From Laetmonice hystrix (Eukaryota): a stretch of DNA of 64,000 nt. This document shows, piece after piece, positions 50,413 through 64,000 of the stretch. Numbering within the stretch: the first letter of the stretch is position 1; each line of letters begins with the position of its first letter. The DNA lies in contig OZ249436.1 in NCBI GenBank assembly GCA_965235115.1, positions 21,702,001 through 21,766,000 on the forward strand. Direction: 5' to 3'. The notes under the pieces were generated by a model. That model saw nothing but the letters and a program-made list of their open reading frames with translations, was not told where the DNA came from and did no database searches. A program made the position numbers and the translations under genes.

Positions 50413-53400
50413 TCAGTTGTCCACAGATACACTCTGCAGAGCCGCCTCAACGGCAGCACTTGCCCCGGCAGTGATGGAGTCCCGGTCTTTCTGTAAGATA
50501 AAAACATAAGTTAAGATAAGAACCTCACTTAGATTTAATGATTTTATTGCAATATCAGAACCTACCATGTTGTAACAGATGCGGGGTCTCTGCTGTTCCA
50601 CAACAGCTACACTATGAACCAGCTCTCTCAGCGCTATTCCAAGTAGGCGTATACGGTACACTTCACTCTCCGCCGGATATAGTGGCAGCAGCTGAACTGG
50701 TCTTAAAACAGGACTATGTGATGAACTGATCCACTAACAGCTGCACTGAACGTTGTAGAATAGCTGAGCCATTTGCTCTGAGAACAGTTACAGAGGGTTT
50801 AATCCAACTGAACCACACAGGCTTCGACACACGAGCTGTTTAAGTGTTTTCATTACAGGTGGTACTGTAGATCACTTTGGATGATATCATATAATCATTA
50901 ATAGTTATACAGTATTCTGCTCCACGTAGAGAGACCTAAAATGGTTCAAGTGGCATAAAATGGCATACTGGGAGCCTAGCTTAAGTTCCGTTGTTGACCT
51001 GTAGTACATGTAGCTGGAATTCCATCAACATTTTTGGGAGATGAAATGACAGAACGTTTCACTGCAAAGATGCTACCGGTGTATTTGAAACAGAATATTT
51101 CGAGTCCTACAACTACAAAATACATCCAATAATTGCAGTGTTCTTTTCAGCCATGCATACCCGATACTCGTATTAATGAACATAACCTGAAGACGTGTAA
51201 TCTAGTGATTTTTAGCCCAGCGTATAATTTGCCCTAGAAGAAAACATCTATTAAGAAAACAGGGTAAACCTATTATTGCCATCACCAACAAACAGGCTAT
51301 GCAGTTGAGGTCTATAGCGTTTTATATCCCCTCACCAGCGGGGATAGGTGTCAGAAGGAAATGGTAACTACAAACTAAAATCTGTATCACTCAGGGAAAT
51401 CTGGAACTGGGAGCAAAGCATTTTTATCAAAACTCAATTTAAAGGTCAAAAACCCTATCCAACGAGTATAGAATTCTATACTCGTTGCCCTATCTGATAA
51501 AGCTCAAGTCCACGCCGCAAACCTTATGCCCCTTTAGAAGCATTCTGGTCTTGAATCAATCAAAATCCTTGTATGCCAGTGATACTTATCTACATCCAGA
51601 ATTATTAATAACACAAATCTTACTTGAGTCACAGACACTGCAATCATCACAGCTCCCTTTCACCTGAGGAAGGCCCCACACAGGCGTGCGCGAGGGCTGG
51701 GGGGGGGGGGGGGATAAGCGGCCGCACATAATGCCGTTGAATCAGGGACAGGGACACCCAAATTATTATTCCACTGTGAATTCTTTCAATGAGGGAGTGG
51801 GGTGTGCTGCCCCCACCCCAGCCTCTTTACGCCTATATGCACCCACATGCATGTAGCACCACAATAGCAATAGGTGTCCCTGCTGAAACAATTGAAAACC
51901 ATCCATCCTACACAGTGTAACTATTCTGCAATTTCCACGTTTTTGCCTCATTACGCTCTATGGTATATCAAATTCAGTGTCAATACTACTACTAGAGAGT
52001 ATGCCATGTTCATAAACATCTTTACTCAATTTTAAATGAAATTGTTGAGAAAGAAGATGTCCTTGAAATTTTCAGTTGCAAAACGAAATTGTAAAATGGT
52101 TGCACGTTAAGTAGGCGGACTCATGACTTATCACCTACCAGTGGTTTCTGGCCTGTTAGGGGCTCTTTAGCCTGGAGAGGCAATCAGGAATATCTGTCAA
52201 GCTCACTGGCAATGTCCTGACCTCAAGCCATATACCGGTAATGACCGTATGATTTATGACTACATGCTCCCAAAAAGAAAAATATTCCCGCCCTCCATTT
52301 TCGGTTCAGTGGCATTTCTCTCAACCAAGCCGTCATTTCTTCATCAACAATAATGAATACTAGGTAGCCACCTTGCAGAATGATGACTACGATTACTACA
52401 TTGATGTAGCGCTGTATCATGTGAGCGTTGCAGGTTAGTTCTAATCCCCTTATACAGTATGTAGTCCATCCCTCCTGCTTATAACCAAGAAGAATACCAT
52501 AACCACTGCTCATAATCTAGCAAAAAAAGAACAATTATTATATTCGAGTCATCTTTAACAAAGAACGCCCCTTTTTTACTCTTGGGTATCAATTGTATGC
52601 TCACATAAAGCACTTCATTGTGCTGTGTATGTGTCACATGGACCCATCAATGTAACCTCCTGGCTTTACCTTGAGTTCGAGGATGAGAAGGTCGGAGAGA
52701 CGCTTGACCTCTCGAGGTTTGGAGAGAAGAGCGGCCTGTCTCTGGAGGTGGTCATGGAGGGCTGCCTTCTGTTTGTGTACGAATCGGGCGCTGTCGGTAA
52801 CGTCTCGGTCGACGAGCCTGACAGCATACAGTATAGACAGTAGCATCAGACTGTGCATGCACTATAGTAACAAGTCACGATTCTAGGCTGTTGAACGTGC
52901 AAGTTTCAAATCTAGGGACAAATTACGTTATTTCTATAACTCGGGATGTAATCTTTCCGCCAATCTTCAGTTCCTGCTTCATGTTGTATACTCTACTAAT
53001 ATTGGCTCCAAAAGCTTTAATGGAACTTATGCTACCAATATACACCCGGTATCTAAGAAAAGAGTACACATAACAAAGACACAACGCGCTCAATAAGAAG
53101 TTATGAGTGGAGGAATTAATGTATCTGTGGTATCTGAATTGTGAAATCAATGTGTAATACATTTGTACCAGAACAGTGGCATACTTTGGCAAATCTGTGA
53201 TGCCACGACCTTTTCCACATGCATACCAATCCCCCCCCCCCCCCCCCCCACCCACCCATTGTCAGGCGAGGATCCAGGGGGGCCTGGGGGCACGTGCCCC
53301 CCTAGACCCCCAAAAGTGGCCGATCCCCGTTCTATACTTTAGGCTCTTTTTTACATAATGATTCCGACTGTGCCCCCCCCCCCCCCAGGCCACCCCCTTC

Positions 53401-56400
53401 TAGATCCGCCCCTGATTGTTGTCCCTTCCTACCGCCCAAAGAACTCTTTCACAGTTCTTTATGCCCTCTCAGGCCTAAATGTACCACTGATAACTGCTTG
53501 TTTCTAGTCGATCCCAAAATACATTTTAGGTCCCATTACCTAAACTTACAACATACCTAATCCTATAGTAGGCCTATAGATATGTCTGTAGGATGATATG
53601 ACTTACCATGCCAAATGCTCTTTCTGACAGCAGGGAAAATAAAAGTAACACAGAGTCTAAGCTTAGTCAATACAGCTTCTCCCACAAAGGATATCATCAA
53701 AGATAATTATCACTTAGCTAAGTATGAGGGGCGGTTGAACCACGTTAACCTTACATTTGGTAATCTTTTTCAAGCTGCCGAACACCTTTAAAGGAATCTT
53801 GAATCAGATCGTGATATGTTTTCGTTCCAACTGTGACAACAGTTAAGGTATGGTACGAAGATACAGCTTATGCAAGGAAAAATATGGTGAAACACAAAAA
53901 ATTATTAAGTACTAGACAACATTATATAGCTAAGGCCATGCCCCTGACGGCAATGCAAGCGTTTGTAGATACGACTACAGTTGTTTTCAGATACTCAGTA
54001 TCCCGTTTACCTGAAAACAAGTTGATCATGCAGGTAATACATATATTTAGAGATGGTGGGATTTCAAGAAAAATGTTTTGGCAAACTTACAATTTCATGT
54101 TATTTCCTGGAAAAATGATGGTGTCTCTCCAGACTAAATAGTTAGCATCGTCACTTCAGAGTACGATTAGGTTAAGGTTCATCAAGTGCCAATACACCAC
54201 TATCTACGAATTCTGTTATCCCCATATCTGCATGGTACTAGGAAAAGGATATGGAGGAAGGACCCCAAACTCGGTCCTCTGAACACGAATCACTTTGCCG
54301 GCGTCTTCCTCGAGCCGCTTCATCCGCAGAAAGTGTGCCACGAGAGGGCTCTGGCCGTTTATGTTGAAGACGTTGCGGACGAATTCGGGCCCCCTTCCGA
54401 CTGGATGTGACTGAGTCAATGAGGGAATGATGCAGGAACATGTGAAAACGGTAAGGATGACGGAAAAAGTGTGGGTAAAGGAGGTCGGGGATGTGAGCTG
54501 TATGCCAGGATGGGACGTTTAGTCACGTGGCTAGGTACATTGGTGGCGTCTGTTAAACTAATTGAATTCATTAGGTGGGAATATGTGAGGTGGTTGGTTT
54601 AATTTTTGAAAAAGTAAATATTAAACAATGCAGAAGATCGTTTTCATCACCATCTAAAGGTAAAAATAATCAGCTAGATCTATATCTAATATCTATACAA
54701 TTGTATGGTATCTAAGCTGCTGCTAAGCGATCATGGAATACACTGCCTGAAAGTCGGGTATCACAAGCACGTAGTGTGTTACCAAATAAAAGAAACAATT
54801 TTCAAATAACCTCTTTCTTGGGAAGATTGCGAGGCTGAGCCAAACTGACGTAAGACTTGCCATCAACAGTTGACATCTTGGATTCCTTGGCATCAAGGCT
54901 TGCAATTGCTCCAAGAGGATCATACTCGTCAAACTCCCTAATTGGTGTCAGAATCTCGGGCCCCTCTGTTTTGTTGCCATCTGTCGTCACTGAACGACTG
55001 GTCTTTGAATTTTTCTTAGCTGTCTTGTGGTTTTTCTTCATGCGTGCATTGCGTTCCATGTCGAGCAGACGCTGGGCCTCGGCCACCCTCTGGATGGCCC
55101 CAGCATCACTGAACACAGGGGAGGACTGGGCGATGGACTGCCGGGCTATACTGTGCCGTCTGTGGCCAGCATGCCGACGGAGGCCTTGACCAAGGTTTGA
55201 CATGGACGACGTGGATGTCCCTAGCTGGTGTATCGTTGCCTGGGACCCTGTGTATTCACTGTTGGACGACTCCAAGAAGTCAAAGTTCAACACCGAGGCT
55301 GCAATAGAGGTGTATGACTTGCATACGATTTGTCTAGAATCCTTTTTATTCTTTATGGAAGAGGCCTGAAAATTACCCACATATACGTCAGGCCAAGCCA
55401 ATATTTACCGTTGCTCCAAGAAATAATGATTTCTCATAATGATTTCTGATTATTTATATTTGTAGATCGATGTATCCAAGCTTTTCAAATCAATGCACAC
55501 CTTTCTTCTTGTCTTTTGCTTGGGTCATGATTTCCTCACGTGCCTTAATGTTTGCAGGCTCCAGTTTCTTCAGGTTCCATGTCTGCCAAAGGCCGGGGAC
55601 TGGCTGGATCCCTGCCAAACACGTCCATGTTTCATGGATAGTAAATTAGTAATGAAGCAGACACAAAAACTTACATCATATATAAAAAGCCAAAATGCAA
55701 GCCAATGGGGTCACTCACCAGCCACCCACTCATAAATGAGGTTTATCATGTCAGCTTTGAAGTCCGAGTTGAACTGTCGGTAGGAGTCGGGGAAGGTGCT
55801 ACAGAAGGCTGTGTACACGGCCTGGGACAGCAGGCTCGGGTAGTCTCGTAAAAACGTGTCACGGTACTGTGGGTGCTTGGCGTACGTCAGCAGCTTCACG
55901 TAGTTGTGTGCGATACGGTTGAAAAGCTTCATCTGGTACTGTTGGCTGGGCTGATACTTCTCTTGGAACACCCACCAGAACGTATCCTGAAAAAGGTATA
56001 CAAAAGTGTCGGATCACCCACAGCAATGGCTAAGTCACAGAGCGTCTCCGTAAAGTTATAGCTTTATGGTAAAGTCGAGGTCCAGCAAGAGACACCCCCA
56101 CCACAGACCATCAGTAGTATATGAAAATAGCAGTTCTGTCAGGCCTGGCTCCTGGCCCAGAACTGTCATTTTATATACTAAGTAAAAACTGCGATCTAAA
56201 TTCCGTACGCTTAAACTCACGTCTGATGTTCTTTCCTTTTTACGTATGCGTTTACTACATTTTGAAATGCTATTCATTATTTATTTAATCATATTTAATT
56301 TTATTCATATTTAAACAGCGAAAAGTGTGAGAAAGCAATTATTACCAGCAGTACAGCCTGGGACATCTGGGAATAGAACAACCTCTCAAACTCTGGCCGG

Positions 56401-59400
56401 TAATGAACCTAGTGGAAAAAAGAAACACTGACATATTGAGCACTTTTAAGAAGATATTTTGAATTTTACCATAACGAAAAAGTTGTCATCTTATATGATA
56501 GTAATTGGGTGTGGTGAGAACTATATAGGACTATCAGAGTTGAATGATGTACTGTAAAAATTTAGTATGGGATTCCACTTCTAACTCCCTAAGAAAGCCT
56601 TAATTCAACCTGGATGCCCAAAATTTTGGCGACGGTTCCTACCTTCGTTCTAAGTTTGGGCTGTGCTTTGGCAACTTTTGAAAGGATATCCGTACACGAT
56701 ACATCGTTTGGGAAAGGTGTGAGCTCTGACGGATCATAGCCAGGGTACTGGTGTAACTGAAGGTTCAAAACAAACACAACAATAGTACTGGATGGTCATT
56801 CCTCCCTGAACGTGGTGATTACACAACAAAATCATAAAGGGGCTTTCCTCAATGTAAACCAGTGCAAGCTGACTTCTAGAAAACGTTGTACTAAACTTTA
56901 CTTTGAGGGAGGGGCATAGATTTGAATTCTATTAACGTTGTCTAATACAATTACTTACACCGATCGTACTGAGAATTGGTAAGGAAAATGGATAGTCATT
57001 TGAGTAAGGTCTTTTGCATTCGTTTTTTGTCACATGAAAAAAAACAATATTAGTCCTGGAAAATTACACACACCCCTTTGGCTGCATACTTTTGGTACAT
57101 ACCTCCACAAACTTTGGTTTTCCGCTATCCTTCTTCATCTGCAGCAAAATGAGTATGATATCGTCAGAACTTATGAGAAGACATAATGTAATGGGTTCCA
57201 GTAACGGCTGTGAACAATACATTCAACAGGATTATGATGGTTTGAAATCATGGTTGCAGCTAACCAGTGTTAAAAGGTTAAAATCTGAGATGAGGTTCAG
57301 GGAACTGCTTGCAGGTGTGCAATAACAGATACAAGCAAGGTGTAATACAAGGCGTGGCTTGCTTACCGTTGTTTTACTAGGGCTCATGCTTATTTTTGAA
57401 ATGTTTTTGACTCTTTCACTCAGTCCTGGGGTAAAGGCTGAAACCAGAAGCAGTTACACAGATTTGAACAAAATAAAAGATTTGACAAATATCTCCCTTA
57501 GCAATTCTGTCAAGTACATTGAGGTGCAGCCGCTATGTAGGGATGAGCCCTGCAGCAACTGCCACCATTAGCCTGATGAGGAAGAAAATAACAGCATATC
57601 CTTCTATCTATACAATGTATTCAACTTTCCAATTAAAGTTGGTGCTCGAACAACTTATGTGTGACTCTAGTTCACCAAAGCTATACTGATATTAGCAGTA
57701 TTGTAGACCCGTGTGTACTAGTAGTCCAGAAACTATAATTCTGTGCAGTCCCTTCTAATAAATATGTCCTACTCCCTACATCCCCTTGAAGTAAACAAAC
57801 AAGAATATTAATTCAACAATGGGTTATGGCATATTATATATTCCTCCTATTCTGAGATGTACCACTAAGCCTTGTCTTAGTCAAAACGATAAAATTTTTA
57901 CATGATGACATTGATTAAGCACACTTGATCTAAACGATAGTAAATCTAATAACAATTAACTACCGGTACCTATGTCCCTTGAATGATTCTTAATTGAAAG
58001 GTGCTTTCAGTTTTGCGTCCAGGTTGATAAGTTGGGCTCCTTAGCACTTACTTTGGTGGTAACCCGCCTTATCAAATTAGTGTAAAAGTTGCTACGTGAT
58101 ACACCAGTCATTATGCTAGATATACCGGTACATTTACCTCCTTGCATGACTGAAATGATAACAAAAAGGTGAACATGTAAATGATGGTGAGTATCAAATT
58201 ATTCTTATGTTTGATCCATGGATTATCATATCAATATCAATCCTGACTAAGTCTATTTCCCATTAAGGCTATACACTTACAGCTCATCGTTTGACATGCT
58301 ACACTTTCATAAATCATTCATTTTTTAACGATATCATATGCCTGCATTACTTAAAGTTAAATGGTTAGATCCCTGTTTTTTACGCTACATCGTCTGGTTA
58401 TAACACGATAAGTCTTTTTTTTATGCTGGAATATAAATAAAAGTATACTGAAAGGAATTACTGTAGCGTAGACCTGATCACCAAACTACTGGAAAAGCAT
58501 TGTCCTGCATCCTATTGTTAGGTGTATTATGAATAAATCATTTAAACTAATTCAGAGCATGATCAGGGCTGGATTATCAGCAGCTGGGTAGTGTGGTTTA
58601 AGTTAATCTTTTAGCAGCAAAAGAGAGTTTTGTTGCCCATTGTTGCTGTCCACTAACCCCATGTGATCTCCAGGGTTCTTACCAGAAATGTTTGACGGCG
58701 TAGTGGTCATACCAATTAAACACGGACAGAGCCCTAGTTAGGTACAAGAGGGGCAGTAAACAATTGACATTTTACTGGTATTCCTGTGGGTTCTGTTGAA
58801 TTTAGACAAGTTTTTACCACTACTGTTCAAGAGACAGTGTAGCGGCCCAAATACACAACAAAGTAGCCCACTATGCAGAAAAAGGCTAGTGAGAACGCTG
58901 GACTCTGTTGGTTGCCAAATTGATGAATTCAGTCCCCCAAAGACAAAGGATACAATTGGTTTAGTAACTACTTACAGTACCTACAGGCCTACACTAACAG
59001 GTACCTGCCTACTATTAGCTTAAGATTTTTCATGGAAACTAAAATATTTTATGATTTCTACAGGCTTGAACCTATAACCTATGCGGTCTCTGTCTTAAAA
59101 TCTACAATTTTAAGGAAGGACTCCATTATTTTTTTGAGTAGCAACATTCCCAACATTCAGCCTCATGCCCCAAAGTGGCACAGCCAGGGCACGTGCCGCA
59201 TGCCAGGATGCAGGGTTAGGTACGGGAAGGGGTTATCGCCCTTCTGCTGGGGGATATGGGGAGCCACCCCCCAAAAAAATTAAATTAAGGGTTGTTTCAG
59301 ATGCATTCTGAACAGATTTTGAGCAGAAAGTGATGCCTAACATATAGGCCCTTCTTTTTCAAACGGCAGTGACAAGGTGATTTTTATGGTAAATAGCCAT

Positions 59401-62208
59401 TTCTAGAGAGATTCTGTGTAGGATATGAGGGACTGAGCAAAGCAGCGTAGTTGGAGTGTCAAATGCGTACCAAATATGCTAAATACGTAGCAGTTGGCAG
59501 GTCTGTAATTTACCTATGATTCCCCCTCTTTTTAGAGATTTTTGTTTTCTCTCCTATACATTCCCTGGAAAAATTAGATTAGGAATTTTAGGAGAAGATA
59601 ATTGATATACTTAATAATAATTGTAACAGATGGGAGGAATCCGAATGGCTTTAAAACTGTATTTTCTCGCTTTATATAGAACAAGTACAATTTTTATCAC
59701 CTTGCTGTTCACTGCCTATAAAGGATGTACAAACAACAAGTGAGGTATTACACAAGAATTTCAGAATAGAGATGTTTTTTTTTCATTCTGGCTATAATAC
59801 ATTTAAAATTTCGATTTTTATAAAATTGAAATTAAGGATCAGATTCATTAGAAGGCAAACATTAAAATGCTGTGGAATAATTCAAGGTAATAACATTCAA
59901 AAAGGGGGACTGGGTATGTCATGCTTCAGTCTATAGTGACAAAATTGGTTTTGTGTTACCAAAAAAAGCAATGCATTTTTTCTTCAACATTGCACATGAT
60001 CCTTGTATAAAAACGGTAGTACTACACAAGGTTAATAAGTCCCACTTATCAAGCAAAATATATTTTGAATACCAACATATTTCATTGTCAATTCATGCAA
60101 GACAACGTAGAAGTACATGTACAGCAATCACAGATTCACACTTAATGAGGACTGTGCTACCTTATAACCAAACTAATTATTTTGTAAACTTGAAATCCAT
60201 CCAATACCTACTGGCTTTCAAGGTGTAGACTCCGGCAAACCTATGCACCTCTTTAGCTTCACGTTCTATGGAGGAATAAAGGTTATAATTACATCGTGGT
60301 GATCAACTGTTTTACTGCACCACTTCACAGATAATAATTTCCACTTTTCTTGGTCCATCAAGTAATCTAGGAAACATAATACATGTAGTGACTTAACTAA
60401 GATACTGTACCTTTTGCCCCCTCCCCATGTTAGGCCTTACGTATTTAGCTAGATCATATTAACATAATAACGAGCAGAGCTGACATAGACTGACTCACCT
60501 CGTTTTTGATAAAGTTCTCGACCCTCTGTGCTTAAGGGTCGCACCAGACCCTGCAGGTCATCTGTGTGATCTGAAGCTCGACTTTCCACCACCAACTCTG
60601 TGTAGGTCTGTAATTTTCTGTCCAAACTGCTAATTCGCTTGTTAATTTCATCAATTGATCCAATGAGAAAAGCTTTTGGTGAAGTTAAGGATATGTTTTA
60701 ATCTGGAATGGATTTTTCATATCTCATAACAAATAAAAAAATATATATATAAAAGAAGGCCAAAAACAGAATCAATATGGTGCTTGCTCGCAGATTCACC
60801 CTTCACCCAGCACCCCGACAAGGCTGTGGCTGTGGCTGTGCGTGGCCCATGCCATGCCCATGGTCAGCTGCTGAGTGTTGAGTGCTGAATACTGTTGGAC
60901 TGTGATAGTGAGAGACAAGGGTAGGGGCCACTATACTCTATCGTGACTGTAAAAAAATTACATACACCAGCACTATAGGCAGCAGTGCAGCTAGGGAATT
61001 AATTCACTAGTCGTACCATTACCAGGCCAGGCTATACAGAGACTCCCTTCTAAACAAAATTCACAAACTAGTATGATATCTCAGACTTTTATACAAGCAC
61101 GGCAATGCCAATAGAGCTGGCCAGCTCTCATGTCCTAGATATATGCAAATATGTAAGAACAAGTGAGACTGGGGACAAACAGAGGCTAGTCTCAATAGTC
61201 TCGCGACTTCGGCATTTACAAAGGATTTCAGTATTTCTCCGGGGGTAAGTTCGTTATTTGGACTGGATTTCGGTATTCAAGAGGGATATCGTTATTTGTC
61301 AATAGTGATTTCGGTAATTAGATTGGATTTCGTTATTTCTCAATGGTGATAATTTCGATCATTAGATTGGATTTCGGTATTTGTCTGGGGGGATTTCGAT
61401 ATTTAGACTGGATTTTGGTATTTTGTCTCTGGTGACTTCAGTATGTCTTTGGGGGTGATTTTGGAATGTAGAGTGGATTTCGTTATTTCTCAACATGGTG
61501 ATTTCGCTAATTAAATTGGATTTCGGTATTTTTCAATGGCGATTTCGTTATTTAGGAACCATAGGAACCAGCGACTATCAACTTAAAAATATATTTATGG
61601 TGATTTCAGTATTTTTCGGGCCTGGGGGGGGGGGGTGATTTCAGTAGATCTAGAGACTATCTAGACTGCATGATCCTGCAGACACTATTATTATTGAAAT
61701 CACCTTTAAGAAATGACGAAATCCAATCTAAATAAATCAACGTTGAGAAATTACCGAAATCCAATCACTGTGTCTGTGATTGGATTTCGGTAGCCTATTC
61801 CTCAGCGTTGATTTATTTAGATTGGATTTCGTCATTTCTTAAAGGTGATTTCAATATTTAATTTGGATTTCGGTATTTGTCTGGGGTGATTTTGGTGATT
61901 TGGATATTTAGGTCTACGGCTACGTAGTAACGCTCAGGCTCAGCCGCCCTCAGCACTCCTCCGTCCTATCACTTCTCATTCGAGACGAGTCATGATGTTG
62001 TGCTAACTTAATTAATGTGGGAAGATGTAGATAAACACCATTAACACAATTGCTAGCAAACAAATAGGATACGGGACTTAGTTTTCTGACCATCTTCAAG
62101 ATCTTTCCTACGTTGTATCTGTTGTTCCCTACTTTCCTCATAATTTTCTTCGACGAGTTTCATTGGTGTCGTTGCCCGGTTAATCGCTTCGCCTCCCTTC
62201 TCCGCCAT
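50413..62208 (-). CDS. FAM227-family protein (FWWh domain), ~657 aa
   Basis: Minus-strand exons: 62208-62073, 60672-60499 (PFLIGSIDEINKRI), 60366-60316 (least certain), 57437-57367, 57138-57103, 56756-56643 (LHQYPGY), 56408-56346, 55986-55719 (DTFWWVFQEKYQP..QMKLFNRIAHNYVKLL..YPSLLSQAVYTAFCSTFP), 55611-55501, 55298-54811, 54410-54253 (GPEFVRNVFNINGQSPLV), 53832-53755 (KTYHDLIQDS), 52817-52670, 50490-50413. FAM227A versus FAM227B cannot be resolved. Confidence 0.9.
53833..54252 (-). other. U12-type AT-AC intron (420 nt) of the FAM227 gene
   Basis: 5' site CC|ATATCCTTTT; branch motif CCTTAAC (plus coordinates 53842-53848); 3' site TCAC|AG. Splicing gives in-frame VLPP-VGTKTY. Confidence 0.9.
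60673..62072 (-). other. U12-type GT-AG intron (1400 nt), first intron of the FAM227 gene
   Basis: 5' site C|GTATCCTAT; branch motif TCCTTAAC (plus coordinates 60684-60691) just upstream of AAAAG|; no polypyrimidine tract. Splicing gives in-frame KS-P-FLIGS. Confidence 0.85.
61222..61910. repeat. Degenerate (TTGGATTTCGGTATTT)-like array with an embedded long palindrome (61692-61856)
   Basis: Many GATTTCG(G/T)TATTT units; 61692-61768 is inverted at ~61776-61856 with a short loop. Confidence 0.85.
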
Positions 62209-64000
62209 CTTGAAACCACTGTAAATACTGCATTTGGCCGTAACAGCGTAATTTCGAATTATTTATCTTGGGACTAGAAATCCCATATGAAAGTATTCTA
62301 TTGGAATAAAATATTTATTTCAAAATATTTATTTGATGTTTATCTGCATTATTGATATAATCTGATCAAATTTAGCGTGACTGTATATACCAAACTTACT
62401 AGGGAATCATATACTAAAACGTGGAATTGTTGTTGCTGTGACAGGTGCTCGAGCAGGTTTGTAATAGATCTTCCGTATCTACAATTTTAGGCAACATTCA
62501 CACACAGTAATAGTAAATAAGAGGTTGTGAACTACGATATAAATAATATTAGAACCGGTAGAAATGTGTGGTGCGTGCATGTCGAGTAAGCCCGCCGTAC
62601 AGTGTCAAGCTCTGTCACGTCTTTGCCCGACTCCGACTGACCGCCGTACTGCCACTGGCTCCCCCCATACCCACTGAGACTCCCCCATGGCCATGCCATG
62701 GCATGATGACCCATCCATACGCCGGCAGAATAACCACTGCCTTAACTGCTGACGATACATGTGTCACAGTGGTGTTGACTTTTTTTCCGCATCTGGGAGC
62801 CCAGACTTAGGGCAGTAGAGAATCCAGTAGCCCGACGTATTCAGGCAGGCCTAAAGCTAAAGTATATAATGACAACCTGAACATTTATCCAGTAGCCCGA
62901 CTGGAGAATTCAGTAGCCCCGGCGGCCCCGGGCAATAGAAAGTCAACACTACTGTGTCATGATACGATACATGACATACGATACGTATCACGATATTTCT
63001 CAATGAAACTAAAAGTGTACTATCTATGCTGAAAATGAAAAAGAATATAACGCATGCGGCATGTTTATATTTCAAGAAGTGCAAGAAAAAAGCACTGATG
63101 CGTGGCATATGAAGTGACATGCATGCCAACCCGAAACCGGGAATTTTTTTATTTTTTTTTGGGGGGGGCCTTAGAAAGGGCAAGCAGTGCGTTATATCTT
63201 TACATAGCCTTCAGGTTTTTCTTCAAGAATATAAAGCAGGGGTGTAAATTAACGCTCACCCGTGGCGAGTTAAACCTCTGTTGGGCGACCTTGTCTGACC
63301 ATTCAGGTCGCCCTGCTGGCGATTTGTCTAAAATTATTGGGCAAGTGATTTTTTCCGGCAATCGCCTTCCCCCACAATGGCAGTCGTCATGATACTACCG
63401 GGCAGAGAACTTAGAATGTTCAGTAGGTTCTAAGTTCTCCAGTTGCCCAATTCCAGACCTTCTAGAGCCACAAGGTAGCACCTTCGACTGTACAGATTTC
63501 TGTGGGTTGAATGGCCGGGCAGTGGTCACGTGGAGGGCGAGTAACCCTTCACCTGAACTCGCCCTGCTGGCTAGTTCATTTACAGCAGGGCTAGTATTCT
63601 ACCCCGATTCATTTTTCGAATCGGATACTGCAGTCGGGGGCAGCCAGGAACCATGGTTACCGACTAGAGTTGGAAAAAATCGGGAAAGTGTATGGCAGGC
63701 TTTACCCCTTTATAGTAACGTAAAGCTCACCCAGCCACTGTTCTGACATCTGCTGCTGCAGTGCTGCATGACAGGACAAGGGATGCTGTGGTAGTCCAGG
63801 AACCTAGACCCTGTTATCGGTCCTGGGAAAACCATCTCAGTCAACACTCGCTAATAAATAATATCAAATAAATTTGACTAATCTCTGCCAGGCAAGGATG
63901 CCTGCACCAACATTCACTGCTGAGGAATGTGTCGTCCCGCTCAGCCCGGTATACAGGTTGGAGTGGAATTGTAAGGGAGACTAGCCTCAGCAAGTGGGGA

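Noticed and set aside
50566..50691. Extra FAM227 exon (LLPLYPAESEVYRIRLL...CYNM)
   Set aside because: It has a donor and an open frame, but the acceptor is ambiguous and no family similarity was recognised. The 52670^50490 junction is in frame without it.
57572..57590. Hammerhead ribozyme core (CTGATGA...GAAA)
   Set aside because: No stem II or flanking helices.

Overview
This is an AT-rich, intron-dense animal (invertebrate-like) genomic window; the species cannot be determined from the sequence. Five spliced protein-coding genes were reconstructed by hand, each with consistent exon phases. They are TMEM94/ERMA (+, 5'-truncated, 25 visible exons, 303-17561), MRPS7 (-, 22718-28765), an LRRC14/PRAME-like LRR gene (+, 30628-35683), a TK2/dNK-family deoxynucleoside kinase (+, 39747-46957) and a FAM227-family gene (-, 50413-62208). 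Introns and intergenic DNA carry many short terminal-inverted-repeat DNA transposon derivatives and minisatellites. The FAM227 gene has two minor-spliceosome (U12) introns: one GT-AG, and one AT-AC with an in-frame U2-type alternative. The kinase has a TK2/dNK scaffold but an atypical base-binding pocket (N/A/R/T at the positions of Drosophila dNK Q81/V84/M88/A110). A 1.77 kb near-identical tandem duplication copies its E2F/CRE promoter and first coding exon. In two genes, tandem repeats start inside an exon end and multiply the 5' splice site. Several CAG...CTG elements are flanked by 5-6 bp rather than 8 bp target duplications. There is no CRISPR array, rRNA or convincing tRNA. Most short ORFs in the supplied track are spurious.
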